From Blastocystis sp. Blastoise (lineage: Eukaryota > Protista > Bigyra: Opalinata), in contig JBBPEB010000032.1 of assembly GCA_039096225.1 (NCBI GenBank), positions 682,001 through 746,000 on the forward strand: a stretch of 64,000 nucleotides of DNA, given 5' to 3'. Of the stretch, positions 58,619 through 64,000 are shown piece after piece. The notes beneath the pieces were generated by a model, which was given only the letters and a program-made list of their open reading frames with translations, searched no databases and was not told the origin of the DNA. The translations under genes and the position numbers were made by a program. How positions within the stretch are numbered: position 1 is the stretch's first letter; each line of letters opens with the position of its first letter.

Positions 58619-60098
58619 TTAATATTCCTTTCTACATATAGGACATGTATTATGTATAAGAAGCCATGTATCAATGCAATCTTTATGAAAAACTATATAT
58701 ATTGATTAGATAGAGAATAAGTATATAAAGAATATATATAGATAATATAGATAGAGAATATATATATAAAGAGAATATATATATAAATACATTGAGAATG
58801 AGTATATAAAGAGAATACATATATATATGCTAAATACAATAGTATAATAAATAGAATAATATACTATGATGACAATAAAGTAGTCGAATTGTATCTGATA
58901 ATTTATATTTATTTAAACAGATAGAACACAGAGGAGATAGTACTAATTTTTCATTAGTCAGTAAACACTGCTTTTTTAATAATTTCTTATAAATACCATA
59001 TTTATATATATTAAAATATTCAATTTCTTTTTTTGAAAGATGATTATATTGTTTTTTGGCATGTGACAATGTACCATATAATTCATAATATACAGAGAAT
59101 AAACAGTATATACTTAAAATAATGATAGCTATAATTATAAGAACAGTTATATATATATATAGAATAAAACTATAGTACATAAACAAGATGAGAAATTATA
59201 ATAATATATATATATATATATATTTATTTAAAGAAATAATTACAAGAATATATATATATAATAATATATATATACCAAAATAGACGCCTAGACTAGAGAG
59301 TGTTTCCGTTGCAGTAAATGGATGAAGAGATACTGATGTCTATATATATATACATATATATATATATACTTTATATAAAATATAAACATAAAAATATAAA
59401 CATAAAAAAATATATAAGATTATATAAACATAATAATAAAAAAGATTATACATTATTTGAATCATTTTTATATTGACATATAAATTCAAATCCTTTTTGA
59501 GATATAAATAATATAGGATATTGTGTTGAATTTGACACAACTTGAGGAGACTCATAAAATAATGATAATAATAGTATATAGATAGATTCATTAATATAAC
59601 TATATAATTCTTCGCAGAAATCCTTTAATAACGAGAATATAGTATGCTGTAGAATTGAAATTGATTGAGTAGACTCAACCCAACAAATAATCTCAGGTAA
59701 AACACTTGTATTCGTCTAACAACAGTGAATACACTTTAATTATATAAAAAACACATACTGCTCTTACAAATGCAACACTTGACCCATCTATAAATGACTG
59801 TGGAAACGCTATTGAAGATATATTCAGTCCATAATCCAGATAAGAACCAAAAGAACTATAATCCACAATTTGAATTGGACCATCAAACTGAATACATGTA
59901 TTTGATAAATTTATTCAACATAATAATCATTAATAAATTACTTTGTCAAGAGAAACCTCATTTGGAAACTGAATATCTATTGGAAATGAATGCAAAATCT
60001 ATATTCCACGTTACCCAAGTTGTTTAGCTATATATGCATACACTATTTTGAAATAGTATCAGCTGATGTATTGCAATATATAAGAAAGTAATGTTCAT
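58619..60098 (-). CDS. Transmembrane RING-H2 E3 ubiquitin ligase (ATL/RNF13-like)
   Basis: TM helix TVLIIIAIIILSIYCLF followed by CSICL...IRLLYCHH/FHKDCIDTWL...TCPICRKEY*. The 5' exons are only partly resolved. Confidence 0.8.
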
Positions 60099-60325
60099 TT
60101 GCTACACAATCCGTTTATAATTAATCTCCAGAAACTCAAAATAAAAAAACAATGATTCTTATCAAACGATGAAATATTTAAACGATGTATATCTACTTTA
60201 CTAAAGGAAAAAATCATTAATCCAAATCCCTTTTTTAAAAGAATTTATTAATCGTGGAAATCTATATCATTTCCATTTAAAAAACGAAATTGTGTTTTAA
60301 GAAAATCGAAACTTCCTTTTTTTCC

Positions 60326-60334
60326 TTTGGCGGG
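60326..60334 (+). promoter_or_regulatory. E2F-like site TTTGGCGGG in the divergent RING/ECO1 promoter
   Basis: Matches TTTSSCGS about 60 nt upstream of the ATG of an S-phase gene, in a very GC-poor background. Confidence 0.45.
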
Positions 60335-60395
60335 CATTTTTTTTGCGAAATATTTATTCCTATTATAATCGTATTATTTTTTTGTTTTTACACTA

Positions 60396-61601
60396 ATGAG
60401 TTTTTCTGACCTCTTCGCTGATTCTAAATCATCTCAGAAATCTCCTGTAAAGAAAACATATGGAAAATCTACGTTGTAATTCATTTCTCTTTCATTTCTC
60501 AACTTATTTAGGTCTTATTCTCCATCTAAACCTTTAACAACGGATGACAAAACAAATGAAATATCTACAGATACAATTAAGCCAATAAAACGGACTTCTA
60601 AAATTACTTCTTATTTTAATGTCGTCTCTATATCACTTTCGAATCAGAATTCAAAGAAAATGAAGATAGAAGATGATGAAAACGATCAAGAAAACCTGAC
60701 AGAACAAAATAAAGATGATAAAATACAAGCAATACTCGATATTGGCCAACAAGTATCCATTCTTCTTGTTTTTACTTCTATTTTGTTAGAGTATTCGTCC
60801 TACATTATGTCCAATTTGTGGAATGCTTTATTACAAGTATGAAAAGGATGATACTAAAAACCATGATACTTTTTGTTCTATGTTTTCCGAAGGAATTCCA
60901 ATTCCTCCATTAAAGTATATGAACTATTGTTATTCTATAAACTATTATTATTATTTATATTATAGAGATCCATCAATCACTACCATAGTTGAAGATACTA
61001 TGAAGAATACACAGATCATTGGTATTCCTGGTGTAATTATATTTATATATATTTATTAATATTATTATACTATATAGGACATTCCATTTCCTGTTATTCC
61101 AGATTTAACTACAGTTTTAAATAGAGAAATGAATTATAAATATTCATCTAAACAACCTAAATATCATTATTTATTTGTTTTAAATAAAAAGGTATTTTAA
61201 ATGTTATTCTATTATATTTATATATATAGATTGTAGGATATTTACGAGTTTCTTACACAAATTCTAATAATAATAATGTAAGTGATTCTAATAGTAATGA
61301 TTTAAATAATATAAATAATTCTAATAATAATATAAATAATATAAATAATTCAAATAATAATATAAATAATATAAATAAAAATAATAATAATATAAATAAT
61401 TCAAATAATAATATAAATAATTCAAATAATAATATAAATAATTCAAATAACATGAATTATCATTCAAATACATTAAATTCTCAAAAAGTAGAAACAGATC
61501 TATTATGGGTATTGAAATCAAAACAAGGAAATAAGATTGCTACTCAATTAATAAATACTGCTCAAAAACATCTTCATTTACCTTATCATTTACATTATTA
61601 A
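60396..61601 (+). CDS. ECO1: Cohesin acetyltransferase ECO1/ESCO-like protein, C-terminally shortened
   Basis: KKTYG, PIP-like QAILDIGQ, zinc finger CPICGMLY...DTKNHDTFC, YLFVLNKKIVGYL, LWVLKSKQGNKIATQLIN. Stop at 61599-61601. Confidence 0.75.
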
Positions 61602-61723
61602 TCATATACTATTATTATTATTATTATTATTTGTTGTTTTTAAATATATTTCACATTAAATTTTTTATTTATTTTTTAATATAAATGATATACAATGTGT
61701 GCAAACTTTTTTTAGATAATACT

Positions 61724-61738
61724 AACAAACAACAAACA
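61724..61738 (-). terminator. Overlapping double TGTTTGTT putative polyadenylation motif of the ZnF-UBP-like gene
   Basis: TGTTTGTTGTTTGTT on the sense strand about 73 nt after the stop. Confidence 0.55.
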
Positions 61739-61810
61739 TTCAATTAAACTATATTATAAGTAACTAATAAATAATATATATATAAATAATAAAATCTAGA
61801 ATAATGTTTT

Positions 61811-64000
<2,190 letters not shown>

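Overview
Very AT-rich, intron-dense eukaryotic DNA in the standard genetic code. Two or three 30-nt introns and TGTTTGTT motifs downstream of stops suggest a Blastocystis-like stramenopile (inference). About 13 spliced genes were traced by hand: a 5'-truncated multi-module LRR-like protein, ATG4, ribophorin I, a giant AAA+ gene, an unknown protein, a GH3 glycosidase, a PHD+ARID protein, two tandem SLC10A7/BASS4-type transporters, a stand-alone BRCT protein, a TM RING-H2 ligase, an ECO1/ESCO-like protein and a 5'-truncated ZnF-UBP-like protein. The main finding is that the 4557-aa ORF is only the last, 13.9-kb intronless exon of a 14-exon gene of about 5,281 aa. That protein joins three N-terminal ubiquitin-like domains to a midasin-like six-AAA ring, two vWA domains, a GATase-like domain and a third vWA. 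No RNA genes, CRISPR arrays or transposons could be supported. Most short ORFs in the track are intron or microsatellite artefacts.
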